Below, piece by piece: positions 1 to 11,111 of a DNA stretch of 64,000 nucleotides. The notes under the pieces were generated by a model that saw only the letters and a program-made list of their open reading frames with translations, was not told where the DNA came from and searched no databases. Source of the stretch: Amoebophrya sp. A120 (lineage: Eukaryota; Protista; Dinoflagellata); NCBI GenBank assembly GCA_905178155.1, contig CAJINV010000013.1:2422281-2486280 (forward strand), read 5' to 3'. Numbering within the stretch: position 1 is the first letter of the stretch; every line of letters starts with the position of its first letter. A program made the position numbers and the translations under genes.

Positions 1-90
1 AAGGCATAAGAGAGACAACAGGAGATTGCGGGTAACAATTAGTGGTAGATTCGTTGACATTCTATCTTCAAGCGTGCTTGTCACGCTTGC

Positions 91-480
91 TTGTCAAGCG
101 TGCTTGTCACGCTTGATCAAACCAAAGGATCCATGAACCAACACCTGACGCGGCCGTTTTACTGTGTGCAAATTCATCCTGGGTCCACCGATGAAGTATT
201 TCTAGGCTACAAGAAAAACACAAACGATGGTCAGGCCCCCTCAAGGATGAAAAATTTCTTGTCTCCACCCTATGTATCAGTATCTATGATAAAACAGGCC
301 GGCCTTAAGAAGAGTCAGGGGCTCGGTGATATGCCGCAAATTCTCGACTACGTAAACCAGAAGGCCGATGAGGTCGAGGTGATTAGCCAGCACAAGAATT
401 TGCAGAAGAAGCTCGAGCTTGCAACAGTCGCCTGGAAGAAAGCGAAAACGGTGGCGAGACAGCACAATCTGCAAATCTAG
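91..480 (+). CDS. Probable 3' end of an upstream hypothetical protein gene
   Basis: ORF with protein-like C-terminal half (QILDYVNQKADEVEVISQHKNLQKKLELA...) ending TAG at 480; 5' exon structure unresolved. Confidence 0.35.
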   Translation: MSSVLVTLDQTKGSMNQHLTRPFYCVQIHPGSTDEVFLGYKKNTNDGQAPSRMKNFLSPPYVSVSMIKQAGLKKSQGLGDMPQILDYVNQKADEVEVISQHKNLQKKLELATVAWKKAKTVARQHNLQI

Positions 481-1358
481 GCGTAGGCGATGTTTTTGAT
501 AAACTACACGACTCGCCAAGGTCGCAAAGTAGAGGAGAGGAGAGCCTTACAACTCTTCGACCTGTTAAACATTTCCTGCAAAAAGGGAAATAAAGCAGTC
601 TTACGACGCCTGTACACAGATACAGCTTCGAAAAGCAGAGAAAAGATGAACACTCAACTCTCGACAAAATTTACTCGACCAAAGAAATTCCAAAAACTCA
701 AATTACACTCAAACTTTACAAAAAAGCTGACGCTGTTAGCTAGTCTCCGCGTCTGTTGCTTAGTTCATCCAGATCCAAAATTGAACTTGTACAAAAATTA
801 TGTGTGTCTGCTGGTGTACGTGTAGTTGCCACAAGAACTGGAAGCTCCGTGGGACGCAGGAACCACTGGCAGATACAAAGATGCCGCAAGGCTTCTCAAG
901 CGGGTCGAAAATTAGAGAAACGAAGGGAACTGCGACAAGAAAAAAGCGCTACTAGCGTGGTAATCATGTCGCAATTGTACAAAGAAAACTAATATTCCCG
1001 AAAAATAGAAAAGCTGCCCATCGTCCTGGCTGGTGCTCGAGTAGTAGAATGCATCAGCGCCTGCTGCTGCACCTGTCGCGCGTTCTGTTCTTCAGTTCTT
1101 GTTTTCTGTGCTGAGCTGAGTTTGAGATGAGGTGCGAGACGAGACCAGACCAAACGAGACGAACCGTAGACAAAATTTTTCGAGAAACCAACTTGCATAC
1201 GACCACCTAGAGGAGCCAGCAGCAGCCGTTCTTGCCTGGTCTAATAGATCAGAAAAAAAACAAATAAAATGAGGTAGGGTCGGGCGGCCGCGTGCTTTCC
1301 TCGTCGAACCAACACCATGCGGCGCCGCGGGCGGCGGAAGGCCTCCTCTGGAGAAATC

Positions 1359-3654
1359 ATGTCCTCGTCGCACAGTAAATTCGTGCCAATTTTTCGTTCG
1401 GAAAAGTCGGGATCTTCATTCTCCGCGGTGTCGCGGGCGGTTATGCTTGCGACGCCACTTCTCTGCTGGCTCTTTTCCGCTTCGAACCTGACTACGTCAA
1501 CCACCGCCCTGCGCATCCCGACCTCCGGTGACGCGCAGGACGATGAGGGCGAGGAGCCCTGTGCTTGCGACCTCTGCTACGGGGAGCACCTGACGAGCGG
1601 GTTGGAGGCCACGCGCCCGGGCATCGCGTTTCAGTGCGCGACAAAGGTCCCCGGGAAGTGCGCGCAAGCAGGCTTGTCGGAAACCTGGGTGATCAATATC
1701 AACCGCGTAGTGGAGAAAAACCGGTGGTGCGAGTCCACTTGCAAACCGATCCGGCCCGTGTCCATGAAAGATTTGAACGTAGACGGCAGCCAGGGCGCGG
1801 CTATCCCGTCGTGAAAATAAAACGTTTCTACTTATTAAGTACGATAACGCGGTTGCACGTCGACGGGATGCGCAAGTGAAAATCGTGTGACATGGAAGAT
1901 GCGCAGTCTCATGCGACGAGGCGTTGTGCAGTGCTTGCGTAGGCGTTTTCGAATAATTCAGATTTTCCAGCATGCTTTGGTACTCAGGACGAACTACATT
2001 GTCGGTTTGTCATGCACCCGCAGAGTCTGACACAGACACTGATCTGCTTTTCTCCTGTGCCGTGACAGCATCAAGCACCCGGAGCCTTCAGAACGGCTGG
2101 AGCTGTCTAGCAGAATCGATTCGCATGCTCTTAGAGAATGATCGACTGAACTGTCGGGACGTTTTATTTCCTCAGCATAGGGATAGAAGCGGGAGGACCA
2201 AATGGGGCTGGGTTGAAATGTGAGCCTTTGACTGAGAAGGAAAAGCAGAAAGCGCGGGACGCGAATCTAGGAAACGGTGCGGCGTGGACCATGTACATCA
2301 CTCCAATGACGGACTCGCTCACGTCCGACATTTTCATGGCTGCGGCCCCGCCAAAAGGAGTACTAGATGACCTGCGACAGGTGTTTCAACAGAGCAGTGC
2401 GCTGGACCCGCTCGCGCCACCGGTAATACTTCAGTTTCCTACAGGAACAGTACGTGTCTCGCGTAGAACCACTGCGGAAGTAGTCGCTGTAGCTTTTTCT
2501 ATCTTCATCATGTTGATTGTTTTTGTCGCTTTCTTGGAACGCAAACGATGCGACGTGGGTACCATTTGTTTTACCAAAATTGCTACAACAGCCCCCGCCG
2601 CCGGTGGTCAACCTTTGCAAATGCGATTGCTCGGACCCCATTGTTATCCTGTGCAAATATAATGTCTGCGTCTGGAAGAGTGCACTTTGTGATGCGATGA
2701 AGGCTCGATCACATTCACATCAAAGAAATATGTGTTGCATGAACGCCAAAAGTTGCCGCCTTCTGGATAGGCAAAAAAATGCGAATTTCTCATGCGAGAT
2801 AGGCAACAAGATTCAAGAAATTGAAGGTCTCGAAAAATCTGTGATGCTTCTGTGTGCAGTCAAAGCCGCCATGCGTTCGGTCCGCGAGATGCATGAGAAA
2901 TTTTGCAGCCTTCCAGACCCAGACGAGGTTGCAATGCATGAGCTTTGCCGAACCACCCCCGCCGCCGCCACCGGAGGAAGTACCCGGCGACCCCGTCCCG
3001 CCGTCTTACCTGATGCCATCCGGCGCCCCGCCCCCGGCACCCCCGATTTTACCGCCGCCGCCCCCGCCCGCGCCGCCAGCTGCGCCGCAGCCACTCAGTT
3101 TGGCCGCACCGCTACCCGGGATTCCTCCGATGCCGGTAAACGTGGAAGCGGATTCCCTCTACGGGTACGGCAGCGGTCCGGGAGGGTTCGGTATCCAAGA
3201 AAAGCTGATTGTTCTTGCGATTCTGTCATGCGCAATTAATGCTGGTCATGCGCTGCAGGGCCCATTGATTCAACCGCGTTCACTGCGCGTGGCAGATTAT
3301 TTATTATTGCTCTCATGCGGCCACACAGATTTGTAATGCTGTTCCTCCACCATGATCAAAAGAATTACACTGACACGACACTTTTTTCCTTGGATATTCG
3401 GCAGCACTGCGGGATCCGGTCTTGGCCTCGGCTCCCCCGCGCCTGGGGTCGTCGCGCCTTTTTTTTTCCAAACGACGAACCGCGAAGCAAACGGTAATGG
3501 GCTACAACTGCACGTGCAGCGCCAAGGAAACCAGGAAGAGCAGTGCCCTCCCTGCTTGTGCGAGAAGCAGAAACTAGATGCCCGGATTCAGAGAGACCTG
3601 ATTACAGCGACGTCTCAAGCAATGTCGCAACACCAGCAGAGCAACGGACGGTAG
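1359..3654 (+). CDS. Putative secreted Cys-rich / proline-rich protein, 5 exons
   Basis: Hydrophobic leader (MLATPLLCWLFSA), Cys cluster (CACDLC...CESTCKP), poly-Pro tract. Exons ~1359-1801, 2191-2422, 2592-2644, 2946-3191, 3402-3654 join in frame after removing three introners and a GT-AG intron at 2423-2591. Confidence 0.6.
1802..2185. mobile_element. Introner (non-canonical TIR intron)
   Basis: TATCCC..GAAAATAAAACGT / ACGTTTTATTTCC..GGGATA inverted ends; flanks GCGGC/GAAGC; removal +5 nt gives GAAGGPNG in frame. Confidence 0.7.
2645..2940. mobile_element. Introner, family A (ATGTCTGGGTCTGGAAGA-type TIR)
   Basis: GTCTGCGTCTGGAAG / CTTCCAGACCCAGAC inverted; flanks diverged; removal restores frame. 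Confidence 0.7.
3192..3396. mobile_element. Introner, family B (TATCCAAGAAAA TIR)
   Basis: TATCCAAG / CTTGGATA, perfect TSD TTCGG; internal similarity to 7454-7694. Confidence 0.9.
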
Positions 3655-4313
3655 AAATTTGCAGCAGGAGCGTCGTGTAGAATTCTTCTCTTGTTTTTTC
3701 CGATTTGACATGTCGAGCTTCTTCAACTTCTATCTTTGGTTTCATGTATCTCGACGGTGCTGTGACCATCAGGATCGGAAGAAGCCCAAGGGTTCTTGAG
3801 TTGTCCTGAAGTGGTTTGCCAGGGATTTTGGGTTAAAATTGCAATGGTGTTCCTCCTCCTTCAGTCGGTTACAAGAACACGTTGCGCGGTGTTGCAACAC
3901 CCAGGTTTTTTCGTGTAAAAAGAAGTAGTGGTCCCAGACGCGGAAGGGTCGATATGTCATTGTATGCTCAAGCCGCACGGAGATTGAAAGAAGCTTCTTC
4001 TTGTCGTGGAGGAAAAAGCCACGGGTTGACGTGATTTCTAGTACTTGTGAAAGATGACCTCCTGGTTGCAAACTCCATGTATCATTGCACTACAACGTCG
4101 TGCGAGAGCATGCTGTGCCGCGAGTAACATTCGAGTTGCAAGTTATTTCACCTGGAAGTCTAAGTCTACAAACACAAAGTCAAAGTCTTTTAGAGGAAAT
4201 TAGCTTCTTACTTGAAGACTCTAGTACGAGTACGCTTTTGTGCCGAGCGAAGTTTTCTAAAAACAGACGCAGCACCTCACCTGCCAACCCCTTTTACCGG
4301 AGGAGAAAAAACC

Positions 4314-5467
4314 ATGCCCGACACAGCATCCTCAGGAATGAACAAGTCTGCGGTAGCGCTGCAAGGCGCAACTGCGACGAGCTCTAGCTCGTCGAGTTCT
4401 GCGCTGAAAAAATTTGAGCGGCCGGGGCTGATGGTTGACGAGATAGAGGAGATGAAGGAAGCTTTTGACCTGTTCGACCTAGACGGTTCGGGGCGGGTGG
4501 CGCCGAAGGATCTGTGTCAGGCAATCCAGAATCTTGGGTAACTACGGATATGGAACCCAAAACTACAAAACGCTGCATCGATTAGAGCGCAGTGTAATAA
4601 GATGCGTAACGAGTATTTTGTTCATCGATATCGTTCGCCTCTTGCTCATCTAGTTTTTGCAAAAGAAATTCGCTGCATTTATGATATTCTCCAACTCCAC
4701 TAGGCTCGAGCACAAGAATACGGTGGTGCAACAGATATTGAAAGACTTGGAGAAGTGCTCGCATACCATCGAGTTTCAAGACTTTCTCGACCTCTTTTCC
4801 GCAAAAATGGGCGAACGGGACACCCGAGAGGACATTGCAAAGGTTTCTCAACTTGTCTTATTGTCACGTTCTAACTAACAAGTAACAGGACCACAGAATA
4901 AATCAAAGCCTTGGAGGACGGTTATGGATTGTCTGTGTCGCGTAGAGGTTGTGACTTGGCAGATCGAAGCACAAATGGTTGAAGCATACTCTTCGATCGA
5001 GCCGAGAGAACACCAAAGAACTTCCCGACTCTACCTGCCTTTTTCATCAGGTTTTCCGTCTCTTTGACGACGATCATACGGGATATCTGACGGTCAAGAA
5101 CCTGGCCCGCGTCGCGAAGGAGCTCGGGGAAGCGCTCACGGAGAACGAACTGAATGAAATGGTTTTGCGGGCGGACAGTAGTCACTCAGGAAAAGTTATC
5201 GTGTGAGATCAAAGCTGTATCAGTAGCCAAAACCGGTTGCATAAGTATCGATATCTATTCAGAACGACGAGGAATTTTCTCAGCAAAAATGCAAGCCAAG
5301 AGATCTTCATGCCTGCGACGAGTCAGCAGCAATGGAAAACAAGTACACGTGTATATAAGAAAAGCTGGCTCTGGTGGCAAAAGTTGCGACTGATACACCC
5401 TTCTCCCACGATAATGCTGAGCCTGGACGATTTCTACTCGCTGATGGTGCATCGAAGTTTTCCATGA
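4314..5467 (+). CDS. Centrin (EF-hand protein), 4 exons
   Basis: [59 protein letters not shown]...ADSSHSGKVSLDDF. GT-AG introns 4538-4703 and 4843-5050; non-canonical intron ~5197-5418. Confidence 0.92.
5197..5413. mobile_element. Introner interrupting centrin EF-hand 4
   Basis: TATCGTG.GAGA..TGTATCAGT / ACTGATACA..TCTCCCACGATA; removal +5 nt rebuilds the loop DSSHSGKVSLDDF. Confidence 0.8.
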
Positions 5468-6764
5468 AAATTTGACTTTTTGATGCTGTTCGCATTCTTT
5501 CTGAATCTCCTCGCGCAGCACGTCACTCACATGATTGCAAAATAGAACAAACTTCTACAGAACTCAGATGGACGAGGACTCCTTCATGAACTACAAGCCG
5601 CGGAAGTCTCTTCATCGTGGGGACTTGTCTAGCGAAATGAAGAACTTCTCTACGCTGCTTGTAGATGATGTTCATGTTGTAGTGCACGGACGTCTTGCGC
5701 TTGCGCACACTTAGACAGTACGCGTGCATCGTTCGACTTTTTTTTATCATATATGCCGCGTGATCGTGATGTATGCGACGTTTATTTTCTGCTACTTGCA
5801 AGTCGGAGCCGATTTTGTATCGTTCGTAAGTGCTCCTGCTCGCCAGACAGACACAGAAAGGGAAGCTGGAAAAAACGCTTGAGCAGCATGTGCTACCTTG
5901 GTTGTAGTCCAGTCGGTTACTTTATCGTGGTTTGAATCGAGGAGCTGAGCATTTATGATTGCAAGAGCAGGCGATCGTGATCCCGATGCCGAGTTTATTG
6001 ATCCAGATAATCTATGTTCCGCATTCGCAGCTGCCTTTCGCTTTCCACGCACGATACTTTTTTACAAATTAATTGGTATTCTTTCACCAGGTCCAAAGTC
6101 CAAGTCCTTCATAAGTTGACCTCCGTGTAGCTACCCATTTTTATAGTCCCCTATACGAAGGGGAAGGAGACAAAAGCCTCAACCTTTTGTGTTTTTATAA
6201 TTTTTGGGTTTATCCTACCCTCTCCCTGCTCCCCCAAATTCTTACACAATAGTCCGTCTGTGTACTTAAAAGAATCATTTTCATTTTGGTTTTGGGCAGG
6301 AGCATGGGCGCGCCCGTTTTTCGTCTGTCAGCTTTCCCTCGCGCAAGAAGAGAAGCAAAAATAAAAGACTTCTACCTATGAGTCTAGTTTGTTTTGGTTT
6401 ATCACTGCCATTTTTGCCCGAGCCCGTAAGACTCAATGTGTAAGTATCCATGTGCGATATCGGACGGTACTATGTGCACTACGATTAGTTAGTAGATTTT
6501 GTTTCTCTAATGCCTGCGAACTGGAGGCCAAGGCCAACCAGACCCACCTCCATGTCTTGTATAAATACATCACGAGGACCTCGGTTTTCTGGTCTACTTC
6601 CTCTCGTCTTTTTGCGTCCCTCATTTTTTGTTTGCCACACAACAAAAAGCGCCAGAGGGAGAGAAAAAATCGGAGCGCTCCGACTGGTGTGCAGCACGCC
6701 TTCTTGTTCATCCGCGATTGTTCAAAGCACACGCCCCTGACGTCGACGCAGGACCACGACGACC

Positions 6765-9700
6765 ATGGAACCGGATCTCAATGGGGGAGACCACGTGAGC
6801 AGCCCTAACCAGGACTATTCTCAAGAACATTCTGCCTACGACGATGAGGAGGTGTTTTCCCTTGACGAGAGCATCTCGGTTCTGGAAAACTACTTTCTCG
6901 GGGGCCAGCGGGTACGCAGTACCTCGACCTTCTCTGGCTCAAATCCGGATGAATTCGAATTTGACGGCGGAGATGAGGGGCTGCACCAGGACGTCGAGCA
7001 GCGTGAAGACGTAGCTGCAGTCCGCGTGCGCCAGCGGTCCGCGAGCAGCGACCAAGAATTCTTCGACGCGACGCGTACGGTCGAACACGTCATCGAGGTA
7101 GGTTCGTCGTCCGCTGCCTCGTTATACGAGCTTGATGGAGATGGTGGAGCAGCGGGACAACGACAACCAACAGGGAGCAGCAGCTCTCCGTCCTATAATT
7201 TCGACTGGCTCGCGGACGAGAGCGAGACGTCGCAGGAGCGGGCCCGCCGGATCCAGCTAGCTAGCCGAGTAGATCAAGACGACCCACAAGCGCGACAAGG
7301 GCAAGAGCCGCAGTTTCCAGGCCAGAGGAGAGGACCGCTCCCGAGGACACGGTCCCCGAATTTTTCCATTGCTACGTGGTGGACCAATTTTCTACTGCGC
7401 GCCAGCCGCTTCCCCGTTGGAACAGGACCGAACACTAGCCGTAGTTTCAATCGTATCCAAGAAAGAAGGATTGTTTTTACGTCGTGGAGGACCCTCGTTT
7501 GTGATGAGGAGTTGTACAACGCAATGAGGCTAAACGTGCGTCATGCTGGTCATGCTTTTGACGGGCCATCCACGTACTATCTGCGCATCATAACACCCTG
7601 CCAGACAGATTTGTGATGATCGTGCTCCAAAAAAATATTAATGTACTCGTACCAGACTTTTTTTTTACAACACGATGAGCTTTTTTCTTGGATAAATCGA
7701 AACGAGTCTTCGGAATTTGAATACGACGGCACAAGTTCCGTGGGGGCCCTCAGCCCGGCGCAGCAAACGGGTTTGGGTACGAACGCCTCTTCCCCGCAAG
7801 ACGTCTGGCGGCTCTGGTTCGGGACCGTGAGAAGGACAGAAAACATTCCTCGAGATGAGCAGGAGGGCGGCGCCCAGATTTTTCTAGCAGGAGATGCTGG
7901 ACGAGGTACAACTACCCCGTCACCACTGTCTCTGCTGTCTCGTCCAGGGTTCTTTTTCCTCGGTAGCAGTAACGACAAGACAAAGAGCAGCGACACATCA
8001 ATGTCCTTCGCGAACAAGCGACACGCGCTGAACTTTTCCCGGACCCGGCAGCCGGAAAAGTTGCAGGCAGAGATTGCAAGGGAGCGGGAATTCGACCAGA
8101 ATCCCTTCGAAAGTGCACCTTCTTTTTCTGCTGCTGGAAGTGCGGAAACTACTGAAGCTGCTGCTAACAAGGATCGCTCAGCAGGAGCGCAGCTATCAGG
8201 CAGTAACAAGATCCAGAAGCTTCTCTTGTCCGGCGCCTGGCAGGACGACCAAAAGTATGGCTACTCGCTTACGGCGCGGCTCTGGGTGAATTTTGTCAGA
8301 AGCGCAAAAAATGCGACACATATTAACGGAGGGCTTGAAGATAGTAGCAGTAGGAGTGCAGAAGTAGAAGAAGTTTGTGCTAGTACCGCTAATGGAGCTG
8401 GTACAGATGCCGGTAGACGAGCTACTGCGACTTCTTTTTCGAGTACGACTGGCGTGCCGGAAAATGAAAATCAAAATGAAGATGACAAATCGTCCTCTCC
8501 TGCCCGCGCAAAGACAACTTCGTGCCACAGATACCAGGTCGCCGGGTCGTTTGAGTGGCAGCTGCTCCGGGTGCCGCAAAATGTTGCGCATGTTTCGCCG
8601 ACCGCCGCTAGCGGCTCTGCGGCAAGTGGTGCCAATTTTTATCCGTCTTCCCCTGCTGCGGTGCCTCGTGGATCCACCTCGTCACCTTCTTCCCCCGAGT
8701 CTACGCGCGCCCGCCACCTCCGGCTCCATATCGGGGCCACTGCGGTAGAAAGGGTTCAAGGCGAGTTGCTGTTTCTCCGGCGGAGCACAGCTGAAAGTGA
8801 AACTGACAGAGACCACAACGACGAGGTCGTTCTGACGCTGCAGGGTTTCGAGATCCTGGACCCCTTGATTGCCACGGAAAGTCGTGAAAAGATACCACTT
8901 GAAGAAAACGAAATTGGTGCTGCAGAATTTCTACCTCAGTCCGAGTCCAATTCAAGGTTGAAGCTGCATGATAAACCGGCTGTAATCGAGCCGTGCCACT
9001 ACCACTTTCGCTTGCTTCCGAAACACTTTCCCGGGACGTTCTACGGCGTCAGTAGTGCGATAGCCGACGAGGAAAGTTTGTTCACAGAGGGATCGGTTGA
9101 GCTGCGGAATAAATCTCGTCAAACAGAAGTCGCACCAGCACCTCGCCTTTCCCGCTGGCCCGGCCGATTGGAGGCCAGAATCTTAGATTTCTCTCCAGTG
9201 GATGCGGAAGGTAGTGATTTTCCAGTTTCACCAAGTACAACTGGGGAGAACAAGAGAAGCGGCCCGCCCCACAGAACAAAGATGAACAACGACGAGGATG
9301 GACTCCTGCGAAACGACACCAATCACCCGTCGACATCACTTTACGGGCATGGTACTTTTCAACCGGCTGGAAAGGAAGTAGATCTCCGGCCAGCAGAGGT
9401 GGAACATAATATCGTGGCAGAACAAGAAGCTGAACCTGAAGCCCTTCCCTTCGATGAAAATGATGACGTTGTTGCACAACTGAACATGAGTACCGTGAAA
9501 TCCACGGGTTCCTCCGCCTCGAATCTGCTCATGCCAATGCTGCAACCGACTTTGTTCAAAACTTACTCGGGCGATGTTGTGGCCACCGGCGCGACGGCCT
9601 CGAAAATGGAGGAGAACAAGAACGGTGAAAATTCTTATCCAACATCAGCAGCGGTACAAACAATTCTTGTACCTCCAACCACGCCCAGCAGCTGTAACAG

Positions 9701-10373
9701 CAGTCCGCAGCATTCGCCGGGGGTGAGACATCTGGAAGCAAGTCCAGCGGCAGCAGCGTTGCGAGTCCCAGAGAACTTCTTGACCACAACAGAGACCGCA
9801 TCTCAGACGGAAGAAACAACTCTAACTGCAAGAAGCCCAACAACCAACAAGACGAGGCCTGCTTCGTCGCGGAGCCACCAGAAAGTTCTCCGGATTACCA
9901 GGAGCACCAGTGTAGTTGGTGCGTCGTCTTCGCAAAACCAGAAGCGCGTCGGGAAAAAACAGTCCGGAGCGACTGGTGCAATGATCTCGCCGTCTGCCTC
10001 TCCTCATTTGGCACATGGAACTTGTCCCATTTGCCTGCACGCCTACGACCACAAAGTATACACACAAAGTTGCGGGCACGCATTCTGCGCTGGATGCATC
10101 TGTAAATACTTGGAGCAGGAAATAATAAATCCGAATTACAGGAGTACGGCTGCGTCGTCATTGTCGACATCAACAAGGCAGGGGGGACGAGCAGGGAGAT
10201 CTTCTATGGCTTCGCCAAGAGGTAGTGCGACTTCTTTGGCCAATCGGAATTCGTGCTGCCCGGTCTGCCGCACGCCGGCGCTCTTGGTCACCCTGCGTAC
10301 GCCGGATGGATTGCTGCTGATGCAACATTTGGAGTTGTTTCAGCAGGTCGCATCGCAGTCGCAGATATACTAG
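6765..10373 (+). CDS. C3HC4 RING-finger protein with long low-complexity regions, 2 exons
   Basis: CPIC...CGHAFCAGC...CPVCR near the C-terminus; exons 6765-7453 and 7700-10373 join as SFNRNESS. Confidence 0.8.
7454..7694. mobile_element. Introner, family B
   Basis: TATCCAAGAAA / TTTCTTGGATA, perfect TSD AATCG. Confidence 0.9.
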
Positions 10374-11111
10374 CGTTTGAAGACAGAAAAGCAGATAGAA
10401 GAAAATGAAAAGCTGCTTCGCAATTATGGTCGCTGCGTTCTTTTCTAGAGGACTGTATGATCTTAGACGTCGATGAAGAGTTTCTGTTTCCTTGGTAGTT
10501 CTGGTTGTTAGTATTTCGCTGAAGCGGAGCAGGATAATAAATGAGAAGATTGTCACGACTGGTGTAAGATAAATGCTTCTGGACTTCTGAGTTTCGCCAT
10601 ATGATCGAACTAACAATATGAATAAGAGTAAACACAGATTTCCATGACCGGCCTTATCGAGAAAGAAAGGCTTATTTCGCCGGGTTGCTGTTGCTGGCCC
10701 GCCGCCGCCAGCCGCTGTTTCCATGGTCCCGACGACCATTTGCGGGCGTCACCAGTAATACCGAGGGAAGTGCACAACTACCATGAGACTCATTGCATTT
10801 GCAGTTCAAGGAAGTTATGAGTCAAAAGTGAATGAGAGCAGGATTTTGGAGTGATGCTATTCGTGCAGGTACTACGACTGGGCCCTGGTATTCTGCGGCC
10901 TATTTCAGATCCAGTACAACATTTACGAACTGGAAATGAAACTCAAGATCAGCTGCTGAAGCGACGCTCACCTACCATCTGGATGAGAAAGACGACAGTT
11001 CTGGTCAATGCGAATTCCACAACATCAAAAAAAAAATGATCTTCCGTCATGACAATACAACTTCTCTACCAAGCAGACGATCCTGCTCAACAGAATCGAA
11101 AACTCGATAAG

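Noticed and set aside
68-116. Short tandem duplications (here and 63775-63825)
   Set aside because: Simple local 21-26 bp duplications with no further structure.
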